From the NCBI GenBank assembly GCA_040954595.2, contig CM082594.2, positions 10,978,276 to 11,042,275 of the forward strand: a stretch of 64,000 nt of DNA, written 5' to 3'. Made by a program: the position numbers and the translations under genes. Within the stretch, counting starts at the first letter, position 1. Each line of letters starts with the position of its first letter. Positions 1 to 10,571 of the stretch are shown here, piece by piece. This DNA is from Balanoglossus misakiensis (lineage: Eukaryota; Animalia; Hemichordata). The notes under the pieces are model-generated. The model ran no database searches and was not told where the DNA came from. It saw only the letters and a program-made list of their open reading frames with translations.

Positions 1-266
1 TATGCAGAAGAGGTTTGGAGGTTTTAGTATCACTGCTGAAACTCACAGTTCAGTGAATCACTCCATCGTTGTTTCATTTTGACAAGTACAGATAGGACAG
101 CGCCGATGAGGGTTGCTGGGCTGTCCTGCTCAATCATTGACCCGAAAGGTCAGAGATAATCTAACTAGGTCTATAAACTGCAGTAAACCGGCTTAGAGTC
201 CATCGACCTTCGTAAGATAGCCAAGTATGCCGTAAAGATCACCCAACCACCACGTTTGTTTTTCAG

Positions 267-408
267 TGACACCAAGTTTTACCGCGGAACCCCTCAACTC
301 AACGGTGACAGTTGGTGAAAGTGCGCGATTTAGTTGCAAAGCTGACGGGATACCAGAGCCCAGTTACCGGTGGGAAAGAAACGGCGAGGCGGTCTTACCG
401 AGTGGAAG
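267..408 (+). CDS. Paralog exon: Ig2 N-half (VTPSFTAEP...ARFSCKADGIPEPSYRWERNG)
   Basis: tttcag acceptor, AG|gtacg donor; 142 nt, the same length as PRTG exon 3. Confidence 0.9.
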
Positions 409-3400
409 GTACGATGCACCCGGAGAAGAAAAAAAAACTTTTTCAGTTTCTATCATATAAAAATTTCTCCATATGTCGCCACATTTAATCAACATTTTCA
501 CTGACATTTTATTTAATTTTTAATTTCAAGGTACACGGTATTGCCATCGGGAAGTATCCAGATTCATAACGCAGAGAGCAGGGACAACGGGAGTCAATTC
601 ACGTGCATCGCCGAGAACCTTGCCGGCCAACGAAGCAGCGTCGCCGCGACCCTCCAGGTTTTACCGCTGTCTCCACCCGAAGATGCCAATAGGATGAGAA
701 TCCTACCAGCGGGCCGTCAGCACGTTGTAAAACTGGCAGGGGAAACACTTGTACTGGAGTGTTTGGTTAGCGGCAGACCCGACAATGACGTCAAGGTGAC
801 TTGGAGTCGACAAGGTCAGTTCGCCGGACCGACGAAATTTGACAAATCTGCGCAATTTTATGATATTTTGTCTCGCCAGTATCCATAAAGATTTTATGTT
901 CTACACTAATCGCCCACCCCTTCGCTTTTAACCAATCCATCTTACAATTTTAGAAGCAAGAAATTTCGGCAAACACCACCGCGTTGTCAAGACCAATCTG
1001 AAAATAGTGAAGGCCAAAGTAGAGGACAGTGGTGTATACACGTGCACTGCACGGAACACTGCAACGGGTGAAGTTCTCCAAGCCAGAAGAAGACTGCAAA
1101 TTCAAAGTACGTGCACTGTAGTTAACGGTTTTAATTACAGCCGAAAGTCACTGGCACGTTTTGACAGTTGGGCATCACGTTAATTATCTTGTTTCCTTTC
1201 TTTTTTCTTTCATCACAACTCTCTCCAAGGTCCCCCGGAATTGGTGGTCGCTCCCAAGTCAATATCCAACGTTGTTGGCAGCACGGCAAGGTTCAACTGT
1301 GAAGCGAGCGGAGTTCCACAGCCGAACATAAAATGGCTGAAGAACGGCGAACCCATCTTCATCAACGGGCGCGTCAACCAAGTCGGTTTCCTGGGCGACC
1401 TGGTCATCTCCGGTGTCGTCACTGACAGTATGGACCAAGACGACGGTTTCTACCAGTGCGTGGCTCAAAATGTGCACGGTCAAGTCCAGGCTAGTGCGCG
1501 TCTCAGAGTTCGGAAAAGTAAGACTTGCGAAATTAGAGTATATGCCATCTGCACAAACTGGTGGAGTCGATCGGCGGAAGCTGGACACCAATGAATATTC
1601 AATAGCACACGTGCATATATTAATAACTTGTCAAAATCGGCGAAACCTGGGTGATTATTGAATATTTGGACGCGCTATATTTTATTACACTTCCCAACAA
1701 CCGTCAGAGGATGTTTAAAAAAAATCATGCCATGCTTGATTGTTTTGCCTGCTTGAATTAAATGAATTGAATTCAGGAAACACGTGCATTGTGGCAGATG
1801 CCAACAAATGCACAGTCTTCCTGTCCTTGACAATGTTTCGTGTTCATCGGTGTTGTCTTCTCGATCTAACCGATAGATTTTACAGGTCAGAACGGCCCCG
1901 ACTCGCCGAAGAATCTCCTAGGATCTTCCGTATCTTCAACTTCGATCGACCTCAGATGGGACGCTCCAGAGAGCCAACTGATCGCATACACAGTACATTA
2001 CGTACCGTCATCAGGTACAAGTTTAACTTCATTATCGATCGAGAATGCCAGTGAGGTTTTCCTCAATGACGATTTCGTTTTTGGTCCAGTCGCTTTATGC
2101 ACGTGTCAACCACAGTCGCTTGTGGGCTCCAAGTCGCCCCTTGGAGTATTTGTAGGGATAGCTCTGCGTACAGATCTAGACTTCTTGCCATCTCTGTCGT
2201 TTTCGAAGTTGCATGATGCCCGTCTCTTTCAAGTTCTCACTCCATGTTGCCATTCCGTCCGTAGGGGGTCGGGAATCACAGGTGGCCGTTTCTCCGACCA
2301 GCACCAACTACTTGCTGGACAATCTTGAGCCATTCACCATGTACGACCTCTACATAGTCGCGTACTCGGTCACCGCAGTCAGCGATCGCTCCGAAAGAAT
2401 ACACGTCAGGACCCAACAAGACGGTGAGTGTCGGTCACTATAGTGTTTGCAGTAAAAAGCATACACACACATAACTGTAGGCCAACGATTTTTGCTGTTT
2501 GATTCTGGAAATTGTTTTGACTTGCGTATTTCGCCAAACTTCGTGTAATAACACCCCTTAGTACGTATTTTCAGTACCGTCAGCATCGCCAGAGTTTTCT
2601 CTGTCCAGCCTCCAAGTCGGCATACTTGTGACGTGGGACGAGGTACCACTGGAAAACCGCAACGGTATCATTACCAAATACCGAATCTACTACCAGCAGG
2701 ACCGAAGAGGCGCTCAAGTCTCCATCGATGTTGACCGCAGTTTGAGCATGTTCATAGTCCAGGGGCTAGAGTCGGATGCTGTCTATGGTGTCTGGATGTC
2801 GGCATTTACAAGCGCGGGCGAAGGGAGGCATTCTGAGACCAGCAGCGTACGAACCACTCAGCAAGAGTCTTCACGTGAGTAGAAATGAGGGTCAAAGGTA
2901 TACAGTCCAATTCAAATCTATTAACCAATCATAGATTTTCAATGGGTGGTACACGCAAAAAAAGTGCGGCATCACATGCTATCCAAGCCAGCATCACTAA
3001 CTAAAAACATTGTTATATGGTAGAATTCTTGTAATACTGTTTTCTCATTACGCATCCATAGCAACGGAGAACGCCAAGATGCCGGCTCCCGATGATGTCA
3101 GAGCGGAGGTGACATCAAATAGTTCCATCAAAGTTGAATGGAGCGCATCGGAGTTGTACTCTGCCATATCCGTTCACTATGCGTCGTCTTCTGGTAAGCC
3201 TGGTGAAATTACCAGTTTTCCTCAATGTTGATGAATAATATTTTGGAATAATAAAATCGATACTATCCCATGCCGTGGTACCTCAAGTGCGTGGCATAGT
3301 TTCTTCCAAATTGCCAATAAGTATGCCGATTGAGTATTTGACATTTTTACAGATGACAGGGAGATGCGGGTAATTACAGACGGCAAGAGCAGCGCAGTGG

Positions 3401-4312
3401 AACTTACGGAGCTGCGACCCGACACAGAATACAAAGTGTATGTCGTAGCCTACACGCTGAACAACGTCAGCGAACCCTCGACAGAGCTCACCATCAGGAC
3501 CTCGATTACTCGTATGTTGGTCTTTGAATGAAAGAAAATTACTGCCCGCTGTTTGAATCACAGTTTACTTGAGAAAATGTGGCCTAAACTGTCTGAAGTG
3601 CAACTGTTTCTTTCTTTTAACAGACAGTGGAGTCACGGAAGAACCATCTGATCTTGTCGGGTCCAGACAACCACATAACGTCAGAGCCACAACGTTGTCT
3701 GACACTACAGTTGAAGTTCGCTGGGATCCACCGACATTTGGTGGCGTGGCGGTGTATTCCATCCACTGCAAACCAACTTCAGGTGAGGATACTGTGTCCA
3801 AATCAGCGACGATTGACATTGATTCTTCAAAGTTACTTATACATAGCCCCACTCAGCATGCAGTCAGTAAAATCCAAAAATTACACTTTATCGACCGTTA
3901 ATGATAGGCTTCTTGATATTGGTTCGACAGGTGGACAAGAAATCAAGGCTGTGACCAGCGGTGAAAAGTCCGACTACACACTGACGAACTTAGATCCCAG
4001 TAAATCATATACAATCAATATTGCTGCGTATTATGATCCACAAGTATCAGAAGATATCACAATTTCGACTCTTGTGGAAGGTAAGAGGAGGAAACGACAC
4101 AAACTTTCGACACCCAAATTCAGAAAGCGCTCATTTGCTATTTTCTCGAATCAGCCCGTTTATAAGCGGATGCACTTTCTGTAATTGGAAGTCCAGATGA
4201 TCAGATTCGACCACTTTGGACAACTTTCATGATCACATTGGTTCGATTGCAGTGAAAGGTAATACATGTATGTTTCTTTGCAGAATCATTGGCCAGACCA
4301 GAAGACTTTTGA
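267..4312 (+). CDS. Protogenin-like paralog, 5'-partial (Ig2-Ig4 + 4 FN3, no TM; predicted secreted), 12 exons in window
   Basis: Exons 267-408, 531-814, 954-1106, 1230-1517, 1886-2014, 2265-2423, 2575-2874, 3062-3193, 3353-3511, 3624-3782, 3931-4080, 4284-4312. All introns are GT-AG and splice in frame (2084 nt plus 1 nt upstream = 695 codons). Ig and FN3 signature residues are present, with strong similarity to the minus-strand gene. Confidence 0.88.
531..814 (+). CDS. Paralog exon: Ig2 C-half + Ig3 N-half
   Basis: RYTVLPSGSIQI...FTCIAEN...LVLECLVSG...VTWSRQ; canonical splice sites. Confidence 0.9.
954..1106 (+). CDS. Paralog exon: Ig3 C-half
   Basis: TNLKIVKAKVEDSGVYTCTARN; not in the ORF track, found by manual translation. 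Confidence 0.88.
1230..1517 (+). CDS. Paralog exon: Ig4
   Basis: ARFNCEASGVPQPNIKWLKNGEP...DDGFYQCVAQN; 288 nt, the same length as PRTG exon 6. Confidence 0.92.
1886..2014 (+). CDS. Paralog exon: FN3-1 N-half
   Basis: PDSPKNLLGSSVSSTSIDLRWDAPESQLIAYTVHY; phase-1 sites. Confidence 0.88.
2265..2423 (+). CDS. Paralog exon: FN3-1 C-half
   Basis: GGRESQ...LDNLEPFTMYDLYIVAYS; 159 nt, the same length as PRTG exon 8. Confidence 0.9.
2575..2874 (+). CDS. Paralog exon: FN3-2
   Basis: VTWDEVPLENRNGIITKYRIYY...GLESDAVYGVWMSAFTSAGEG. Confidence 0.92.
3062..3193 (+). CDS. Paralog exon: FN3-3 N-half
   Basis: PAPDDVRAEVTSNSSIKVEWS...SVHY; G|gtaag donor. Confidence 0.85.
3353..3511 (+). CDS. Paralog exon: FN3-3 C-half
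   Basis: VELTELRPDTEYKVYVVAYT...SEPS...IRT; 159 nt. Confidence 0.87.
3624..3782 (+). CDS. Paralog exon: FN3-4 N-half
   Basis: PHNVRATTLSDTTVEVRWDPP...YSIH; G|gtgag donor. Confidence 0.87.
3931..4080 (+). CDS. Paralog exon: FN3-4 C-half
   Basis: GGQE...YTLTNLDPSKSYTINIAAY; G|gtaag donor. Confidence 0.87.
4284..4312 (+). CDS. Paralog terminal coding exon (ESLARPEDF*)
   Basis: tttctttgcag acceptor, in-frame TGA at 4310-4312. Confidence 0.65.
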
Positions 4313-4689
4313 CATGCGTCGGATTTCCATCACTTGAGCATCGCCCGGCCGTCCGCGTACGTGCAGCCCGTAGTCTCGCGGTGCGACGTCGGCTTCACAT
4401 TTTCGTGGACGTGTACCAGAGGAACATAGACGCTTCAGAAAAAATGTCTTTCACCAAAATATTTCCGTATACACGAAACAAGCGGATTTTCAGCGTTCTC
4501 GCACGCAAGGGGATCAGGACCCGATCGCTCGCCGCTAAAGCACACGCGAAAAACTACTATACAATACTTCTAAAAACAAAGAAGGGGGTACTCACCAGTG
4601 GAGTATCAACGAGTACTTGGTGTCGTGTTATTTAAAAACCATATGCCCGTCGTATTTTGACGATTTGCACGCAACAATCGACCTCTTCC

Positions 4690-4860
4690 GTGATAAAGCA
4701 TGGCGCATGGCGTCGTCTGGTCAATTTCTGCACGTCACTTCCGCTCCAAGATTTCCCATGAAACCTTGCGCGTTCGCGAGATTCGCATTGGGTGTATATT
4801 GACCAATCAGAATCGTGTATTGCCACTGCGCTATTTGCCATACCCAACGTCGGTGGCGAT
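4690..4860. promoter_or_regulatory. Promoter-like CpG-rich element
   Basis: CACGTCA (4731-4737), ETS-type ACTTCCG (4737-4743), GTTCGCGAGA (4772-4781, near the TCTCGCGAGA motif), CCAAT (4803-4807); minus-strand donor G|GTGAGT at 4595. Confidence 0.4.
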
Positions 4861-5399
4861 TGTGCTTGCTGTATATATATACATGTATTACTAGTATGTC
4901 AGAATCTCTTTGATTCTTTTTAGCAGTCAACTTGTACATTAAATATATAGTTTATATATCTACATATCGTTCATTGATTTAATAGACATGTAAAAGCATA
5001 TATATATAAAAGTATCAGTCAGGAAAGCGATACAGGATTTTAGGTAGGGTTGTAGCTGTTTTTGTCTTTGGGAAAATAGCAATGACCAACATTTAATATG
5101 AGTATATATCACAATACATTGTATGTCTTTTGGTGTCAGCAATTTTGTACGAAGTTTCTAGAAGACTTTTAAAGAAAATATTCATGTCATCATAGCAATG
5201 GGCTCACTTGTGTTTCTCAAAGCTTGCTTCAGAGTAGTTGTTATTGCATAATATGTGAATGACTATCGGTTGCGATAATATCACATTCATTCTGTTCAAA
5301 TTATCAGTTTCCTAGTATAGCAGTGGATTGTAATAAAACATATATGCATGATGTAAGGAAGCTGTTGGACTTTCAAGTAGCACACATCATTACATTTTC

Positions 5400-8300
5400 A
5401 ATTCAATGGGTTTGTTTATTACAAGACAGGTAAATCTTGGTATAAACACTGATACAATTATTATAAACTCTTCTCTTTTTACATATACAAAATTAAACAG
5501 TGTCTATACAAGACAGGTCATAGTAAGATAAAATGGTGGTGCCCGTTTCTTGAAAGGCTGTTGTAGAAAAATATGCGAATCTACTAACAGCTGGGTTATA
5601 TGAATGCGAGGTCTGACACAAGGGGGAGTGGGGGGGGGGGCGGAATCAATATTGGAGAGTGAACAATGCATTCTAGACGACTCCCTTTTCGGAAACTACA
5701 CAAAACTGAAGCCATCTATTCAGTTCACTTTCCATGGCCGAAGGTCATTATGCAAATTTGTCCGACTACCCGAGCGAGGGGGCCAGACAATTCTGCATGC
5801 CACTGACATATTCCCGGTGTGCTGAGACCAAGACAGGATTTCCATCAAACACAGTGTCACGCAAAATAAAAACCAACAACGAATGAAGTGCAATAAATAA
5901 ATTCTTTGGTTAACAGAAATCAAAACAGAAACGATAAATTTAACGTTGAGCGCCCTCGACGACGTCGAATGCACTCTGCAGCATTTTAGTAGATAGAATG
6001 TACACTTCATGCAAATTTCATCCGACAGCCGAACGTGACATTAGCTGCAAGTTCAGCAGTTAAAAACAATAAATATCTGTCAAAGACAAAAAAATGTTAC
6101 ACCTGAGGTAATATTTTGCAAAATCTGCAGTTGCGGTGACACTGGCCGACTCCATCACACCCGGGGGAGGTCAATGGGGGGAAGGGAGGGTGATAGGAGC
6201 TTTGGGGTACCCACCAAGTACAAGGAGAGAATCAGGGAGAGATTTTAGAGTATGCAGTGGAGAACACGACTTCCTATAACAATAATCACATCTACAGACA
6301 TCATTTACTAAAGATACAAGTAGTTCTAATTTTACAATATATAGCATATATATTTAGATTCAGCTGCTTAATACGCCAACGTAAAAGTCCTCATCACAAC
6401 TTTATTTTCAACTCATAACTGGTCTTGTGATTCATCTTTTTACACCTTTTTTGATTAATGCAAACATTTGCACTTGTTCAAAATAAATTTCAAGGAATTA
6501 TTTTTTCTCATTTAGTTTTGCTAAAAATTTCGGTTTGCAATGGCCTCTCGTGCTTCACAGACAGCTACTTGTGAAAGCTAAGATGTGATTGGACAACAGT
6601 GGGTCATGTGACCATAAATTTCAAACATGATTGTTAAAAACTGCAACCATGGTAACATGGCTCTGTGTGTCGTGGTTGTTGCATTTATCCATGGTGCCTT
6701 GCACAGTTACATGTATCAAATATACACGTCCTATTCATACCCAGACCGGGACAATGCGACAATGACTTCACCGAAAGAAATTATGCAACCTCACCCACAG
6801 AATCGCCCTTCGTCGAAATCCATCCACAGTCGATTTAAAACTATATGTACAGGTCACATGACTGCCACACACATTAAAATTGTCAATTTCAAAGGTCAAT
6901 ACATGGAAGAGACAATAAATTATTAACACGAGTCACACAATGTTCCACGTTGCTTTGGATTAGTGACAATAAATGTCGCCCTCTGAGTTCATCAATGGCC
7001 AGGCAAGACATTGCAACACCTGGCTATCACTGGGAGTTTAACTTACAAATAGGCAAAGATGAAGAACGAAGAAACGAAAGATAAAAGAACAAACACAGGC
7101 AAACCGAACACAAAAAAACACCAAAGGGGATTCACATGGAATAGTAAACATGTGAGACTTCCGTATGTTACGGACAACAACCAGACTGAACATCGTTTGT
7201 CGAAAGTTTCTAAAAATCCTAAATACTTACACTGAAATGTATATCTAAACAGAATGCTGTGTCTACAATGAACTTGATTCTGTTTTGTCCATAGTCAGAA
7301 ACACTATGGGTAATCATTATACCACACAGAGCCTTTTTACCGGTAGTTTCGGAGTTCAGACCCGGTAGATCCTGAGCTACTTCCTGAGGTGAATCTGACA
7401 GAACTGACATAAAAAAATAAGAATGTAAACTGTTCGGTTTGGTAAAAACTTGAACCTGAATGTTCGTTTTTTTTATAATTAACACTAGAGAGCTAAAAGA
7501 TATAACTACCTCACATGAAAGTCCCTGCTGTGAATAATCAAAACTGGTTGGTTCAGAAACTCGGTTGAAAATTTGACCACGTTGGTGTTACAGCTGAATT
7601 TCATCGTGAAAAATCCTGTTTAACGAGCACAATTTATGAAAAAAGAACTGTTCTGTTTTAAGCCCTGATCGAAGTGGGAACTTGCACCCCCTTAAAATCA
7701 TTCATGGAATCTGATCCATTGCACATACTGGCAAGGTAAAAGCAAGACTCATTTCATCAGGATGAACAGCCTACCTCGACTATAACCGCGTGTTCAATCA
7801 AGCAACAGGAAATAACATTCTCTGACCTTCTTCCAAAGACCCTTCTCAACTGCAGCATGAGGTCACTAGCTTTGAAATTCAAACATCTAGGTGGTACCAC
7901 ACCGTGCTTCATAGCTTTGCACACTTTGTCAGATTTACTTCCTCACTGAGAAATCTCAATTCTCTTCTTAACTGCCATAAAAAATCACTAGAAATCTTGG
8001 TATTAATGCCCTAGTATCAGTGATACACTGTAAGTCAGTTACCAACCTCAGAATCATGACAGAGCTGCTAAAATTGCCCTGACTACAGAAAACTGGTCAC
8101 CTAGAAATTTGAACACGTCAAAAAGGACCGAACACATACGTGGTGGCTAGATTCTGTTTTGGTAAGCTTATAACACATCCTGGTTTCCCTGGTAACAGCT
8201 CAAGGGGCTCAACTTCACAGGTTTGTGCTTGACAATGAGAAATATTTCCAACCATATGTAGTTGCACAGATGAATATGTCCCTGAGTACAATTCACGTGG

Positions 8301-9899
8301 TACTGAAGTAGAATTGTGTAATGTACAATAAATACATATATTTATATATTTATATATATACTTAATATTTCTTAAAAAGACAAAAGACGACGCTAAAAGA
8401 TGCTACGATAAGAATTAATGTTAGGTGATAATTCTCTCTGTTTCACTTACAACACTTGTTCATTCTATCTTGCTGTGCTGTGGTGGTGTGTGGTTTAGCA
8501 GCTGTCTTCCATCCTAGTTTCACATTCTGCAAAACTATCGCCTTTCCGCAGGTAAAGCCGGTCAACCACCCACCCACCCACCGACAGACAGACAGACTGG
8601 TGTTTGATGTCATAAACAAGATCTAATACAAGCTGATCTACACACAATTTCACTGAATGGATTCAGACTTTGCAGGGTTTAAAAATTCAATGACTCCCTC
8701 CAACACACCACCTTGATTTGTACGTCCAGAATTCTCTGAAGGATTCTAATCGCGTTCCTTCAGTGGACTGCTAATTAAGCCGTGTTTCTCAGTTGACAGA
8801 ATTAATAAATAGGTTGCAGCATTCCACTGGTGTTTCGATTTTTAAATGAAATCTAACAACTCGACAGTGACATCGATGTTCAGTCTGTAATCCCCCCCTC
8901 CCCCCCCCTGAACCCCATTCACCCCCCATCTGCTCTTCATGGTTTCAACTGTGTAAATGAAAAGCACATGGCTGTACCAAGCATTGGCTGTGAAAGGGTT
9001 GAAATCATCAAGTAACACAGGAAAAACTTGGTTTGAAACTAGGAAAAAACTTCACAATATTGGCTAGTATCATAATATGATTAAGCCCTCAGCTGCAAGG
9101 GGGGTAAAAGCTCTAAAATACTTTTTTTGTTTAAAATTATGATAGCAATAATAATAATAATAATAACAATAATAATAACTGGACAATATCATATGTGGTT
9201 GTATATCTGGCAGCAGCTTTTCTTTTATGTCTTGCCTTCAACCACTTCCACTTGTAGCATTCATAAACCCTGGTTTCCGAAGTGTTCAGAAGTGGGGGTC
9301 TTGTAAGCAGATAATCACAAACTCCTTGTATTATAGCAGCTGCTGAACTATTCCATCTCGCAAGCATCTTCATCATCATCATCGCCAACCCCTGCAGCGT
9401 ACTGAAACTGACCCGTAAATCTGTACAATATATTTTGTTTAAAAAAGCTTCAGCACGCTCAGGGTTTTGGGATCACGGAGTGTAACGAGGATCTTCGATG
9501 CACCCTTGTTGGATCTGTCCACGAAACAAAAGCAGCGCTGCTGTTGGTTCCAACACTCTGCCACTCGACGTCTCTTTAAAAAATAAAATCTTCCGACTTC
9601 TTCTCTTTACAAATAAAAGCAACACAGTTGCAAGCAAGCTACTCAAACGTGGTATAAAAATACCGAGAAACCAGGGAAAAACAATCCCTTTAAAAAAACA
9701 ACTAAAAAGAATGCAGAATAATTTTATATCCCTGATAAACATTGTCACGTGTCGTACGTATATCATAAGCTGTCTTACACTAACTCACTTTTAAATATTT
9801 TAAAAATGACTCTATACTAAGCATATAATATCTTATACATAATAATATGTTTGACGTGACCACATGAATATTTTTTTTGTCTAGTTTTTAAAAAATATT
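5400..9899 (-). other. Putative long 3' UTR of PRTG
   Basis: AT-rich and ORF-poor downstream of the stop; minus-strand AATAAA at 5415-5420; end point unproven. Confidence 0.5.
9148..9178. repeat. (AAT)n microsatellite
   Basis: Direct reading. Confidence 0.85.
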
Positions 9900-10571
9900 T
9901 TACATATTGAGAGCAATCTCAATAAAATAAGGTGAGGTATCATGGCTGGCATTGCTGTCGTCATCATCACCACTGAGTCCATTCTCGCTCGTCGATGCCA
10001 TCCCGTTTGGTTCCTGAGGGTTGTCCAGTGAATTACTGCTACTGCTGTGTCTACAGTCACTGCCACTGCAGTTGCTGTGGTGGGTGTTTGCGCTGGGCAA
10101 CAGTGTGCACCTCTCACAGGTGCTATTGTCTTTGCCGGCCGCGGTTGTCGCTGAGTTGTTCGGAGCCGGCAAATCCGGCGTACCTGAGTCCTGAAGGGTG
10201 CCCTCCCCTGGTGGCAGCAGCGGCGGCGACGGAGAGCCACCGTTGTGATGGCAATGACCGACGCCCACGTCGTCGTCGCCACCCTGATCCTGAGTGGAAG
10301 AGTTTTGTAAAAGAGCAGGTGTGTTATGCCGGCCCTCCTCCGCCTGGCCTCCCCTGGGATTGCTCAAGTTACCCGTAATCTCCTCTTGGGCAGGCGGAGA
10401 CGATGAAATGCGACTGGCTCGACTTGATTGAGGTAGACGTGAACTGCAACTACAATTTGTGTCATGGGTGGCAGCGTGGCATGCCGTATCTGTTGTCACG
10501 GCATCGGGATCCTCTCCATCTCCCTGGCAACTGGAGAGGTTGGTAAGCATGGTCTCATTACCTTCCGGAAT
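9900..10571 (-). CDS. PRTG: PRTG exon 19 (low-complexity C-terminal tail, stop)
   Basis: cggcag acceptor; open frame to TAA (ORF 9900..10616); ends PYFIEIALNM*. Confidence 0.78.
   Translation of the reverse strand: MPEGNETMLTNLSSCQGDGEDPDAVTTDTACHAATHDTNCSCSSRLPQSSRASRISSSPPAQEEITGNLSNPRGGQAEEGRHNTPALLQNSSTQDQGGDDDVGVGHCHHNGGSPSPPLLPPGEGTLQDSGTPDLPAPNNSATTAAGKDNSTCERCTLLPSANTHHSNCSGSDCRHSSSSNSLDNPQEPNGMASTSENGLSGDDDDSNASHDTSPYFIEIALNM

Noticed and set aside
267-4312. Paralog as a pseudogene or haplotype/assembly duplicate
   Set aside because: No frameshifts or internal stops over about 695 codons, all splice sites are canonical, and the protein is far too diverged from PRTG to be an allele
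7504-7513. AACTACCTCA let-7 site on the plus strand
   Set aside because: Wrong strand for PRTG and probably beyond the paralog 3' end
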